From positions 103,914,001 to 103,978,000 of the forward strand of contig NW_024704743.1 in NCBI RefSeq assembly GCF_018977255.1: 64,000 nucleotides of DNA. Direction: 5' to 3'. Each line of letters begins with the position of its first letter. Positions within the stretch are counted from its first letter, which is position 1. This DNA is from Callorhinchus milii. Taxonomy: Eukaryota. The position numbers and the translations under genes were made by a program. Of this stretch, positions 11,031 through 23,231 are shown one piece after another. The notes under the pieces are model-generated. The model saw only the letters and a list, made by a program, of their open reading frames with translations, was not told the origin of the DNA and did not search any database.

Positions 11031-12098
11031 TTCCAGCACTCTGAAACAGCAACACCCTTGATAAAATGCTGTACAATCAAATATCAGCAAACAAAAGCTG
11101 AAATCTTTGCATGATTTCTAAACGTTATGGGAATGCGTCAAAGATTGTCAGAATATAGAGGTTGATTCACAGACTATCCAGGTTGGGGGCAGGGGGATGG
11201 GGGTAGGGAACAAATTGGGAGAAATACCCCTTCTTAACAAATTTCACGTTTATCACTGCACATATCCTACAACTGTTCATTGTCTGGGCCTGCACTTGGG
11301 CAAAGTATTGGAAGGCTGCCCGCACCAATGGAACTGTACCCCAGTGTGAGTCAGGAGAGTATGGGAGAAAACACGCCAACTATGTTTGGAATAAACATAT
11401 CCCTTATAAGATTACTAAGTCCTATAAACATCAGAAACCCATGAATAGTTGCTTATAAGTTTGCAGATTTTAGACAAAAAATTCCCCTTTGAAATGCCCA
11501 GAATTCAAAAACATTCCAAACCAGGGTACATTTACAATAGTTAGCTGAACAAGAATTCTTACACATAAATATGGATAGAATCATATATCAGAAGATACTG
11601 CAGACTGGGTTGACTAGGAATAGCTGCATCTTCGTAGTTTTACTTTGTTTTATCTTGCTTTGAGGTTCAAGTAGAATAGGAATTAAACTAAGATGCAGCA
11701 CTTTGTACAATATGTAAATGTTTGCATTCTATTCTGAGTCTCAACCATCATTCATAGCAGAGAGTCTCAACCAGTGTATCTCCAACAATGGCAAATGTTT
11801 TTTCTGTGCAGCTGCACCATTTGTGCGTTGAAATACACAGTGAATGGAATGATTCGCTCATCAAGACAACTATATGCTGCCGCAAAGTTAAAGGGGCACT
11901 GTCGCAGAGGACAACAGAATGCTGACTGTAAACAATTTAGGCGATCATTCCAAACTCAGAGATAATGGCAGGCTGTGAAGCTGCCAATCTTTTTAAATGC
12001 GTTACAATGAAATTCTCCAAGTGCAATATTGACCTGATTAAGAAGTGTCAGCCGGGCTCAATAGGTGTCAGTTTAGCTCAGTTGGTAGCACTCTCGCC

Positions 12099-12425
12099 TT
12101 TTTTGGGGTCAGCCGACAGTCTGACACATATGTAAACTCATCATCATGCTTAAGAGTATCTAAATGAGACTGAGAGATTCACATATGTATGTGTAGCATA
12201 TAGATTATATACTCTCTCCCTGGAGGGATGCACCCTGTTTAACAAATTTACTGAGAACCAACCCTTAGAAACTTCAGAGTGTGCATTAGCGTACTGTTGG
12301 AGTTCACCCAGCTAAAAATGCATAGCATTGCCATTGAGCACCATCTGCCAAGCTTTTCCACTGCTTGTTCAGTAAGGACCACCCTACTAGTTAAGACTTT
12401 TGGCTTGTAGAGTTAACAGGAGTGT
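12099..12425 (-). mobile_element. Family X retroposon copy
   Basis: Reverse complement matches 3505-3870; oligo(T) at 12099-12104 abuts an old SINE head (12063-12098). Confidence 0.7.
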
Positions 12426-13244
12426 TGGAGGTTCAGGAACATGGATTCCATGTAATGCTTTCCAACAGCTGTCATGCCAGGCTTCAGAGTTTCCTCATCA
12501 GCTATTCAATGGACTTCTGCCTTCAGTGTGGGAGGAACTTTACAGGACAGTTTGTGATACGCAAACCAGAATGGAATTCCACAGAGAGGTAAAATAGCTA
12601 AAAACTCATCCATCGATGGTGGGGCGGATCAGTACAATTCAGTTTACATTTTCGGTGTTCAACATTTCTATACTACATGTGCACTAAAACCCCATTTTCT
12701 GCTCTGTGCTTCAAATTTACTTCTGAAATCTTACCCTACTATACTTCTTCAGTCTCCCGAATTCCACCTGTTTCTCTTTACTTTGCAATACACAGGAAAA
12801 TAATTATTCCAGCTGTCAAAAGCGACTGCAAAAGTAATCAATACTAGACAAAGGGCTGATATGTCTTTAATCAAATGAAATGTTTCCTTATAAAATAATA
12901 CTTTCAAATTTCAATATTTCTGTAGTAAAGCGCTGACTGTAGGAGAATAATAAATAGTTGTAAAATGAATGTTAGTTTGAGAATATTTACATTGCAAATT
13001 CAGCACAACTCAAGGCAGGGAGAATCCTTGCACAAGTATTGTATGCAACAAGAATGGCCAATACAATTAACTCTTTCAAGCCTCCAGTACCATGTTTGGC
13101 CAAACTTCAAACATAGAAACATAGGAATATGGAAACAGGAATAGACCACTTGATCCATGAAGCCTGTTATACTATTTTATTACATGATTGTTTTCTGCAG
13201 CTGCAAATTAGCTTTTATCACCGTTTCATATACTTACACAGAAT

Positions 13245-13552
13245 TATCTAGAACTTTATAACTTGGAAACAAACCATTTGGCCCAACTAATCCATGCTGG
13301 TGTTTATACTTCACATAAGACTCTGCTTTTTCTGATCCCCTCTCCTATACTCCTCTATTCCCTTTTCCCTCATATATGCACCAAGTTTCCTCTTAAATAC
13401 ATTGATATTTTTGCTTCAACCTCAGTTTCCAGCCATGAGTTCCACATTCTCACCACCTTCTGCATAAAGACATTCCTCGTGAACTGTCTTTTAGATCTGC
13501 TACAGGTTACCTTATATTTCTGACCCCTCATTTTGGACTCAACAACAAATGG
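13245..13552 (-). mobile_element. CR1-clade LINE 3' end
   Basis: ORF LFPFVVESKMRGQKYKV...RNVFMQKVVRMWNSW. Confidence 0.7.
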
Positions 13553-13748
13553 AAACAAAAACAAAAGTCACTGGGAACACTCAGCAGGTCAAGCAGCATC
13601 TATGGAGCCTTTCTGATGAAGAGTTGTGGACCCAAAACATTGACTCACTTTCATTTCTCCATAGATCTTGCCTGACCTGCTAAATGTTCCCAGCAACTTC
13701 TGTTTTTGTTTCAGATTTTCAGCATCTGCAGTATTTTGCATTTTGTTT
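13553..13748. mobile_element. Penelope-like element terminal palindrome with decayed hammerhead core
   Basis: 55-nt inverted arms 13553-13607 and 13657-13711 (8 mismatches); loop contains CTGATGA...GACCCAAAAC; followed by cagattttcagcatctgcagtattttgc, recalled as typical of shark Penelope ends. Confidence 0.65.
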
Positions 13749-14709
13749 AACAAATGGAAACAGCCTAATAGTAAGTATCTTATTGAATCCATTCATAATC
13801 TTAAACACATCTATCAAAGCTCTTGGATTTCTATCGCTCTCTACCCCCTCCAGGACTTCCTCATTTAGAATATATTTCTGTCTGCCAATTTTATGTCCAA
13901 ATTGTACACTTCACAATGTCGAACTCCATCTGCCATAGTTCCACCCGTTTGCCTCATATCCCTATGTCCCATTGCAAATTTCTGTTTTAATATTAATATA
14001 TATATTAATATTGATATGCATATATATTACGTTCTTTGGCCATGTATATTTCTGAGTTGTTTGTGACATCCCTAAATGTTTATGGGAAATCATTTCCATA
14101 GACCTTATTGGAATAATTTGCAGCTACATCGAAGCTGAGAAAGTTTGGAAAATAGAATTGATAAGGTTACTTTCCTACTGGTATGTTCCAGTTCTCCAAT
14201 GGTTGAAATGTATTCCTATTGGCTTTACAAACTACACTAAAGTAAAGACATGCACTTTATTCAAGTCCAAATATTCAAGGTATTACTTGTGGAAACTTGT
14301 ATGAACAGTCATGTATGCAATCTAGGCACTGAGAAAACTAATAAATAAAATGTGATAGAAAATACATTCATTCCAATGAGACGTTTCTAGTTATCTGGCT
14401 GTAGTTTGGAACGTTATTAATTAACGGTGAATTTTATCCAGATGTGATTTCAAATCGCTCTCAATACTTTCCTTAATTTCCCCAGTTTATTATTTCCTGA
14501 TCCTACAATTTATTTTCTATTTCTTAAAATACCTGAACATGTAGCTTTAAAAGCTGTATTCACTTGCAAGTAGAAATGTTAATCAGTGCAGAACAAAATA
14601 CTATTCTCTGAAATACAGTCAGCTGGTGAAAAAATGGTTCAATTAGAGCTCTGTGCTGGTTTTTTTTAAAATGGAGAGAGAGCTTTGATTTTTCTCCCTT
14701 CTTTCCTCG

Positions 14710-14930
14710 GATGTTGTGCACAGCTCTCGACCCCTCTGCTCCACCATCGGTGCTGTGCTTTCAGCCACTAACCCTAATATCCTGACTCTGGAACTCCTTA
14801 ACTCAATCCCTCCACCTTGACCCCTTCTTGCCTCTCATCAGTCACCTCCCCTTTCTCTCTGGCTCAGCATCAAACTATACATTGTTAAGCGCTCTGATAC
14901 ACTATCTTGTGTGAAGGATGCTATGTAAAT
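14710..14930 (+). mobile_element. Old L2 3' end
   Basis: ccaccatcggtgctgtgctttcagcc...ctctggaactc...ttaagcgctctga...gtgaaggatgctatgtaaat. Confidence 0.65.
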
Positions 14931-15855
14931 AGCATCGACTCTGTCACTACCTCAACCCTCAGGCCGCTGAAACTCTTGTTCATGCCTTCAGCATCTCCAG
15001 GCTCGACTATGCAAATGCCCTGCTTGTCAGCCTTCCCAACTCTTCCCTCCACAGGCTGCAGATAATCCAGAACTCCAGAACTTTCCAGGCAGGTCAGGGC
15101 AAAACCTTGGGCAAGTTTCCTTACTCCACATGCCTAATAATAATCCCTCCAAAACCAAAAACAATAATAAATTGGTCATTTTCAATCTACGACTGTTTGC
15201 GGGACATTGCTGTGCGCAATTGGCTGCCGCGTTCGCCCACAAATATACAGTCAATTCACTTTACAGTGTGTTCTGTGAAGCGCTTTGGGACGTCCTCCCG
15301 ACGTGAAAAGCGCAATATCAAATGCAAGGATTATTATTATTATTATTAACTCTGCAGCCCATGTCCTCTCCCGCACCAAACTCCGTGACCCCATCTCCCC
15401 CACTCTTGCCCGACTCCACTGACTCCCTATCCTTCAGAGAATCCAGTTCAAGATCCTGGTCCTCACATACAAAACCCTCTATGGCCTCGCCCCACCCTAC
15501 CTCTGCGACCTCCTAACCTCCTACCAACCCGTTCCCTCCGTTCAGCCGGCTCTGGCCTGCTCCACGTTCCCTGACCCACCCGCCCCACCATTGGCGGGAG
15601 AGCCTTCAGCCACTCTGTCCCCAATCTCTGGAATTCCATCCCCCAGTCACTCTGCCTCGCCCCCTCCTTATCCTCCTTCAATTCCTGCCTCAAGACCCTT
15701 CTCTTTGACCATGCCATCGGCCACCCCCCTTCCTCTCACCTCCCTTACCCCCCCAACCCCAGCTCGGGTCTGAAATGCTGTTCTCTGTCCAGCGCCTTGG
15801 GACGTCCTCCCGACGTGAAAGGAGCTATACAAATGTAATCTTGTTGTTGTTGTTA
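14931..15855 (+). mobile_element. L2-clade LINE 3' fragment, interrupted by a SINE
   Basis: Encodes AAETLVHAF.ISRLDYANALL..LQIIQNS|AAHVLSRTKLRDPISPTLARLH; tail GGGACGTCCTCCCGACGTGAAAGG...(TTG)n. Confidence 0.9.
15083..15347 (+). mobile_element. Young tRNA Deu SINE, short subtype, 5'-truncated, nested in L2
   Basis: Body nearly identical to 62612-62869; AACTC TSD at 15071-15075 and 15348-15352. Confidence 0.9.
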
Positions 15856-16724
15856 TAAATGCAAATTGTTGCTGTTGATTTTTCTCTGAAATTTCCTGGA
15901 ATATTTGTGTTGTGTGAATCACCTAGTCAAGAGAATAGATAAGAATGAGTGCTTAGCTCAAATGGTTCTACAGCCAGTTCCTGGGAATAGTGCAAGAAAA
16001 GCCTTCAGATCTATTCTCTGACTTACTTCCCTCCCTTTGGAAAACCACCCAGCTTCCCCTGACTGTAGAGATTGGGAACTTGTTGCATAGAAGACTGCAT
16101 GCCTACACTCATCCCATACTGCTTCTGGCTCCTAATTTGTACTATAATGCTCTGTACCACCACCCCATCCATTTTTGATTTGTTACAGGTCTTAACTTCA
16201 AATCTCTTCGAGTTCATCAAATTGCCTCTTTCAAATCCATTCATCTAAGCAGCTGATTAATTGCCATTCAAAACACTTGATCACTTGTCTCCTTTTTAAG
16301 ACCAAGCATGCCACTGTCATTCACCTGACTCCGAAGTGGGAAGATGACGTCCTCCCAGGTCTCTGCCAATGCCATTCGAGTCTATCACAAAGACATCAAC
16401 AACCAAACTCACTTGTTTGATCTTCTTCCCCCTTCCTCACTGTAGTGAAGTGTTGATTTTCTGCTCAGTAGTTCCCTCAGAAATGTATGTCCAATATCAG
16501 GGAGCTACAGTGTGGGCCCATTCCCTATTATTTGGTGGCATAGGATACTTCTGTGACATTCAGCATTAATTCATTGTTCGTAGTTAAAACAGGATTGAGA
16601 TGAAATGTTCAGATTTCATTTGCCATCACTTTCACTGATAATCAAGGATTCGACTCGCTTTCACTCCTGAAATCAGTGAGTCATGCTTGGTTATGATTTT
16701 GCAATGTGTTGGCTGTTCTCCAAC

Positions 16725-16950
16725 ACCTCACCCTAGTGGCCATTAGTCATGTGTGAGTCAAGACACTGATTCGTGGCAACCTATTCAAAACATAGGGTGC
16801 ATCAGAGCCAAGCTCTTTCCTTTCTCTACATGCACACAAATGCACTTTCCAACAAGAAACAGTGGACCTTGATTAGGAATGGAAACCTTGGTTGAAATGT
16901 TCCAGCCCAAATATGCTAAGACTAATTGTAACATCCCCATGGTTGAATAG
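16725..16950 (-). mobile_element. Ancient SINE fragment resembling AmnSINE2-type sequence
   Basis: Reverse complement aligns by eye with 37830-38010 and 49690-49900 (ccaaggtttccattcctaatc...gaatagg...aatggccactagg). Confidence 0.45.
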
Positions 16951-17159
16951 CTTGCCATCATCATTATCTAGTAACGTACAAAAAAGAATATCTACTGAGC
17001 AAAGTAACTAAGGAGCAGACTTAAAACACAGCCTTCAGAAGGGAAGAGGTGGGGAGTCAACCGGAGCAAAACAATATGTCTTCTAATTTGCTTACACTTT
17101 GAGACATCCCCCCAACGTGAAATGTGCTATATCAAATGCGAGGGTTAATGTTTAATATA

Positions 17160-17584
17160 TAATAATAATCCTTGCGCTTGATATAGCTCCTTTCACGTCG
17201 GAGGACATCTCAAAGAGCTGTACAGGATTCACTGTAAAACGTAGTGTCTGTGCAGTTAGTAGGCAAACGCAGCAGCAATGTGCAAATTCTGCACAGCAAT
17301 GTCTCACAAATAGTCATGAAGCGAATGACCAATTTAATTTGGGGGATTGTTAGTCAGAACACCAGGAAAAAATCCTTCTCTTTTCAAATAGTACCATGGG
17401 ATCTTCAACGTCCACCTGAACAGGTAGATGGGGACTCGATAACATCTCATCCAAAGGACAGCACCCCCAACGATGCAGTGCTCCCCCAGCCTAGACTGTG
17501 AGCTCAATGTTCTGATGCTGGGCTTCAACCCATAACCTTCTGACTCAGTGGCAACATTGCTACCAACTGAGCCAGACTGACACC
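17160..17584 (-). mobile_element. Older Deu-domain SINE, full length
   Basis: (TAA)n tail, Deu core and tRNA-like head ending gagccagactgacacc. Confidence 0.85.
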
Positions 17585-19714
17585 CAAATGATTGCCTCTC
17601 AAAACAATGGATAGTTAGAAAATGTGAAAATGATGGCATATCATTAATCAACAGAATAGCTCGGAGAGGGGAAAATCAGCACATATGTAAAGAACAAATT
17701 CTTCCTTCAATGTAACTTTAGGAGAGTGCTGTGGAAGATTTATTCCCTGGATAAAGTGAGAGATGTCTAGTTTCCTGGTCAAGGTCTGTAACTGGGCATG
17801 CTCATTATGAATAATACGCTCCTTTCAGACAAGAACTGGCTGTTTCCACTGCAGCGGTCTGCAGTAGGAATGAAAACGATTCATCAGCTCTCATCTCTTC
17901 ACATTTGCCACATAACTTTCCATCAATCAAAACATGATGCTATTTTCTTTAAAACAGTCGATATCATTTGATGCTGTTCTTATAATGCGCTAACTAAGGC
18001 GATGTGGCAAAGCTGCAGTTATGTGCAAACAGGCAGGGCTTGCCATTCTACTGAAGATGCCTCTTTGTATAAACAATGGTATTTTCGAGTCAGTAAGATG
18101 CAGATCATCTTATTGAGGTGGAAAAAGGCAAAAAGGAAAATTTAAAAGTAGGGAGAAAAAGGGTAGCAATTCCTAATAAAAAAAAGTTAACAATCCTTAG
18201 GATCATTTTACCTGAATATTACCTGGAGAGAAATACAATAGAAATGTAACAAATGCAGACCTACTTCTTTTAAAAGAACCTAGCAAGAAAAGCAAATGAA
18301 GGAGCATAGCAGATGTCTTTTTTTTTAAAAAATTCAACAACCTATTGCAAAATGTGAATTTAAAACTGAATGCCTATTTTCTCAATTTGAGTTTGGCTGG
18401 AGCTGGTATGGAAATAATTTCCCTTTTAGGTGCAGTAGCTGCTTTCCCCAGACTCAACAAAGCAGCGCAATATCATTTACATCTGATCCATAAAGTCTGA
18501 CAACTGGTTCTTTGTTTCACCTACCAGACTGGAAAGAACTGCCACATGTTAACATATCAGTATAAAATTGTACTTATTACACATATAGCAATTTGCGAGT
18601 CTGGCTGAAAGTTGACAAAGAAATTCAATGTTAACTTACCAGTATGAATATTCCTCTCCTTTGAAGTAGGATTTTATATTTTCAGTTCCACGGGGGTAAT
18701 TGCATATAAACAGAAGCTCACATACACAGAACGGTTCGGCTAGAAAGTACAATTGTTGACTTAATGATCCATTCAAATGTGCATATGTTGTAAAATGATA
18801 AATGTCATGCGCTACACTGCAAACGCATTTGTGATCTTATATATCTGAAGCAGAATATAAATATGTCCACATTTCTTCCCATCCAAAAAAATAACAATTT
18901 TTAATCGGTAATGTGCTTTTCTTTGATTGTGAATTTTGTAAATTTGTAAAATTCTACTTTCCACTGTTGCTTAGTAACTTGACTTCTCAGCATTCATAGC
19001 CACAAACGCATTTTCATTATACACAATGTGTCAAAAACACGCATAAAAAAAGTGTTATCATTGCATCACAGTGTAGCAATCGGAGTTTGCTAACATTTGA
19101 ACAAAAAACATGAAGCAACTGTACCACATTGAACAGTGTTCTCTTTATCATTCATATCCTGTCTTCGCTAATCCTTGTTATTTTTTACTTTGGGTGGATG
19201 AAAGTCTAAAACCAGGAAATAGTCTGGTTAATTATTCATGAGGACTTAGCCACAATCCCGTGCATATTTGAGTGTGCCAATCTTTGTTGCCTCCTCAGCA
19301 GAGATGGAGGGGTTTTGCTGTGCCAAGAAATAAAATCCTGCTCAATCGTCACATCTTCAGAGAAAGTCACCAAAGAGAAAGAAATTTTTCGACCCAGACT
19401 TGGACTGAACACAGAAGAGACATCTCCAAATTCAAAATGAGTCCCTCCCTCAAAACAAGGCTGCAATCTTTAGCAAGAGAAGACTATTATTGGGCCTGCA
19501 GAATGGAAAAGGAATCTGCGGCTAATTTTTTGAGGGTTTCAAAGCAAACATTGCCAAGTTGCATCAAGTGAAACAGCCGTCCAATTCAGGGGCGCTATGT
19601 AGATGCAAGTTGTTGTTGAACTTGCAGCCCAGGTCTACTTTCTAATGCAGTGCTTAGAGATCAGAGTGCTACCAACTGAGCCAGGATAACACCTTCAGGT
19701 CAGCCAGCAAAACA

Positions 19715-20105
19715 AAAGAACACATGTTAAGGGTTGTAAAGGGCAATTTCAGGACCGACAACAGAATGTATTTTATTAGCTAGAGAACGTTTTGGAACAG
19801 GTTACCCTCCTCCGCACTGCCTCTAGTCCTGCGCAGTCGCTTATTTCCTATGGCAATATAGCCCAGAATTCTATTTGCTTTGTTTGTTACTGCCGCATGC
19901 TGTTTTGACATGGTGAACGATGAGTTAACTAACACCCCAAGATCTCTTTCTGCTTGCCCTTTGGCAAGTTCTGTCTCATACATTGAGTACATGTGTTTTC
20001 TATTCTTACTTCCGAAAAGCAGTACCTTGCATCTATCTGTATTGAATTTAATTTACCAGTTATCAGCCCAATTGCATACCCTATCAACCTCTCTTTGTAA
20101 GACCT
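19715..20105 (-). mobile_element. CR1-clade LINE fragments (minus-strand RT C-terminal piece fused to a plus-strand 3' piece at ~19715-19812)
   Basis: Minus ORF ERDLGVLVNSSFTMSKQHAAVTNKANRILGYI; plus piece gggcaatttcaggaccgacaacag...tggaacaggttacc. Confidence 0.75.
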
Positions 20106-20345
20106 TTGCAGGGGGAAGCTTGCCAGACAGTGTTTTCAATGGTAAGCTATGTATCTTTAGCAGATCCCCGATGCACACTCAGGGGTCCCCAAGCCTTACT
20201 TTCTAGAATTAGTTAAGCAGTATGCGTAACACAGGGATATTTCCATGTGTTGGTAGCAAACATCTGTGGAACTTTCAGCCTGTTTTGGTTACTCTTAAGT
20301 ATGGTGATGGTTTTCTGCTATGTCAAACACCCAGTAGTATGCCTG
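20106..20345 (+). mobile_element. Family X retroposon, 3' part
   Basis: gaagcttgccagacagtgttttcaatggtaagctatg...atgcacactcaggggtccccaagcc...actcttaagtatggtgatgg matches 3560-3850. Confidence 0.7.
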
Positions 20346-20831
20346 AGTTTGTGTAGTAGAGGGAGTTCTAGATAAATTGGAACCTGTGGATGGCTGGTGA
20401 GGAGAACATTAGGGAAAACAATTCTGAAGGTGATGATGACATGATTCAGAGGTTTGACTACATTGGGTGAGGGGGAGTGAGATACAAAAACTAGAATTAT
20501 TTCAGAGGTTAACAAAGACGCGTCTTCAGTAGAAAGATTTTACATTTTGTTACACTTAGGAAGGGCTCATTTGGATAACTGTCTACCAGCTTTATCAATT
20601 TTATTTCTAGTCCATCAAAAGAAAGAGACATCCACAATTAGCTGAAATGCTCTGTTCGAGAGAGATTATAAAGATGGTTGGTGTTATAAATAAGTTCTGA
20701 ATTTCAGCTATAATTTAATTGAAGTACATTCATTTCCCTTGACCCCATCTGCCACCTGTGTGACCTTCTTCTAGATACACAACCCTTCCCCTCCTTTCTC
20801 CCCACCCCACAGAGAGAGAGTGTGAGAGAGT

Positions 20832-21210
20832 GGAGTCCTGTAGCAGAGTGGTTAGATCATTCACCTTGCAAGCAAAAGGAGCTAGGTTCGATTCCTGAGC
20901 AGATCGAAACATACGTTTCCTTACTCCACCCACCTCTGTTTACCATGCAGTAAGTAGGAACCCAATTGTTACTCAGTTGGTTGATCACTTTTCCCCGAGG
21001 GTAATAATCCCTTCAAAACAAACAAAAAATAATAATAATTTAGTCACTCAAGCCATGGCTGTTTGTGGGACACTGCTGTGCGCAATTGGCTGCCATGTTT
21101 CATCCACAAAATATACAGTCAATTCATTTTACAGTATATTCTGTGAAGCATTTTCAGACATCTCAAAGATACAATAAGATGCTATATCAAATGCAAGCAT
21201 TATTATTATT
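20832..21210 (+). mobile_element. Young tRNA Deu SINE, long subtype, full length
   Basis: GGAGTCCTGTAGC head, B box GGTTCGATTCC, internal block, (TTA)n tail. Confidence 0.88.
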
Positions 21211-22299
21211 AAATACTTGTCATTTAAAAAGGTAGGCTTCTCTCCTGAGTATAATGTGTCATGTGGTCCCACTGTGCATTAGGTTTAAGCCTGTGTCTTT
21301 TTCCTTCTCTTAAGGTAGTGCAATTTGTGTCTCAGACCATCTTTCAAGCCCGAGACAGCATGAATGGGGTGGTCATCTCCTGCCATTCCTGCCATCTCCT
21401 CTTCATGCCAAGGGATCAACCTTCCTCACTAAATGTCCTGGCACCACTTCAGGATTCACTCAAACTCCACATAGTTCCTGGTCACATTTATATAAGCCCA
21501 AATGGGATCATCAAGGCGCATGACCACTGAGAAATACACTTTACAAGTTGCCTCCTCATTGTCCACAACAGTGCCATTATAGTTAATGGACTTCGCATTT
21601 CCTGCACATAGAGTTTTGGCACCCTGGGTGCGCAAGCAATGTGAGTTGAAGAAGTTTGTAAAATGGGTTTGTGTTTTTCTTCCTATTGAAACAATCCTGA
21701 CTCTTAGGTGTCTTAAATGGTGAAGACATACCTTGCTTTAATAAGCATGAAAAATCACCAAAAAATGCATGGATTTTAAAAAGTGGTGAATTCCTTTAGC
21801 TCTGTGCGCACATTGGCTGGATGTGGGTGTCCAAAGATAACAAAATGTTGATAAAATATGGAGTTGGATAAAATAGCAAATGTTGATAACTGAGGCGCCC
21901 AATTCATCTTTGGTTAAACGTTTAGATACTGGATATCTATTGATAAGCTAAGTAATTAACTTTATTGTGGGATTGTATACTTAATTTCAGCTGAAGTGTT
22001 TAAATTGTGCAACCAGGCTTGCTTACATGAACAATGTTTAGTATAATAATACAGTATAGGTTTATAGGTTTCATACATAGTACCTACCTACTCATCTTAC
22101 TTTACAACAGTACATATAAATGTTTAGTTGGCAGCCACACTCAAGTTTGTTTTTAAAGTTGTGCACCTGTTTTAAACTTTGTCTAAAGTGGATCATTCAA
22201 CTCATTGTTTAATAAGAATAATGCTTGTATTAGCAATAGGAGGATGTCTCAAAACGCTTCACAGGATTTACTGTAAAGTGTAGTGACTGTTCATTCCTC

Positions 22300-23231
22300 T
22301 CCTACCACTCACTTCATAAACCCCTCCAATCGGGTTTCTGTGCTGCTCACAGAGCATGGAAACTGTTCTGGTCAAGGCGACAAACAACAATTTGTCCATC
22401 TGTGACCAGGGCTCCCTCTGCCTCCTCGACCTCTCTGCTGCCTTCGATACCATGGACCATTCCATCCTCCTCCACCGCCTCTCCTCTCACCTCAACCTTC
22501 AAGGTTTTGTCCATCCTAATTTGTCTTCACCAACAGTTTCTCTTCCAGCTCCCGCATAATCACGTGTGGTGTTCTTCAGGGCTTTGTCCTCGGTCCCCTC
22601 GTCTTTCAACCTCTACGTGCTCCCCCTTGGTGACATTATCCGCAGACATAAGTCAACTTCCACATGTATGCGGATGACACCCAACACCATCTCTCTGTCT
22701 CCACTCTTGATTCCAGGACAATTGACGTCCTGACAGACTGTTTGTCTGACATCAAGTCCTGGATGAGAGCCAAATTTCTACAGCTGAATATCAGCAAGAC
22801 TGAGACCCTCCTGATTGGCTCACACCAGTGCCTCAGCACCTCAAGCACTGGCAGTATTCGCATCCACAGTTGCACGCACCACCTCACCAAGCCAGTTAGG
22901 AACCTGAGCGTCTTGTTTGATCCTCAACTGTCCTTTCTCCCCTATATCTATGCCATGACCTACTATGTCTTCCCCCACCTCTGCAACATTGCCCGACTCC
23001 ATCATTGCCTCACCCCTCAGGCCGCCAAAACCCTCATACACGCATTCGTCACCTCAAAGCTCGACTATGGAAACTCCCTCCTTGTCGGCCTCCCCAACTC
23101 TTCCCTCCACAAGCTGCAGATCACCCAGAACTCTGCAGCTCATATCCTCTCCCGCACCAGGCTCCATGATCCCATCACCCTCACCCGGCTCCACTGGCTC
23201 CCCATCCCTCAGAGGATAGAATCAAAAATCC
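22300..23231 (+). mobile_element. L2-clade LINE internal fragment with frameshifted RT domain
   Basis: LLDLSAAFDTMDHSILLHRL, MYADDTQ, DIKSWM..FLQLNISKTE, KPVRNLSVLFDPQLSF, LHWLPIPQRI; 3' tail absent. Confidence 0.92.

Noticed and set aside
15107..15349. Recurrent 'MGKFPYST...CKDYYY' small ORF family
   Set aside because: Incidental translation of SINE copies from TTG starts; the frame is not preserved among copies
19272..19571. 99-aa plus-strand ORF
   Set aside because: GTG start, no recognisable domain, no donor site; length compatible with chance
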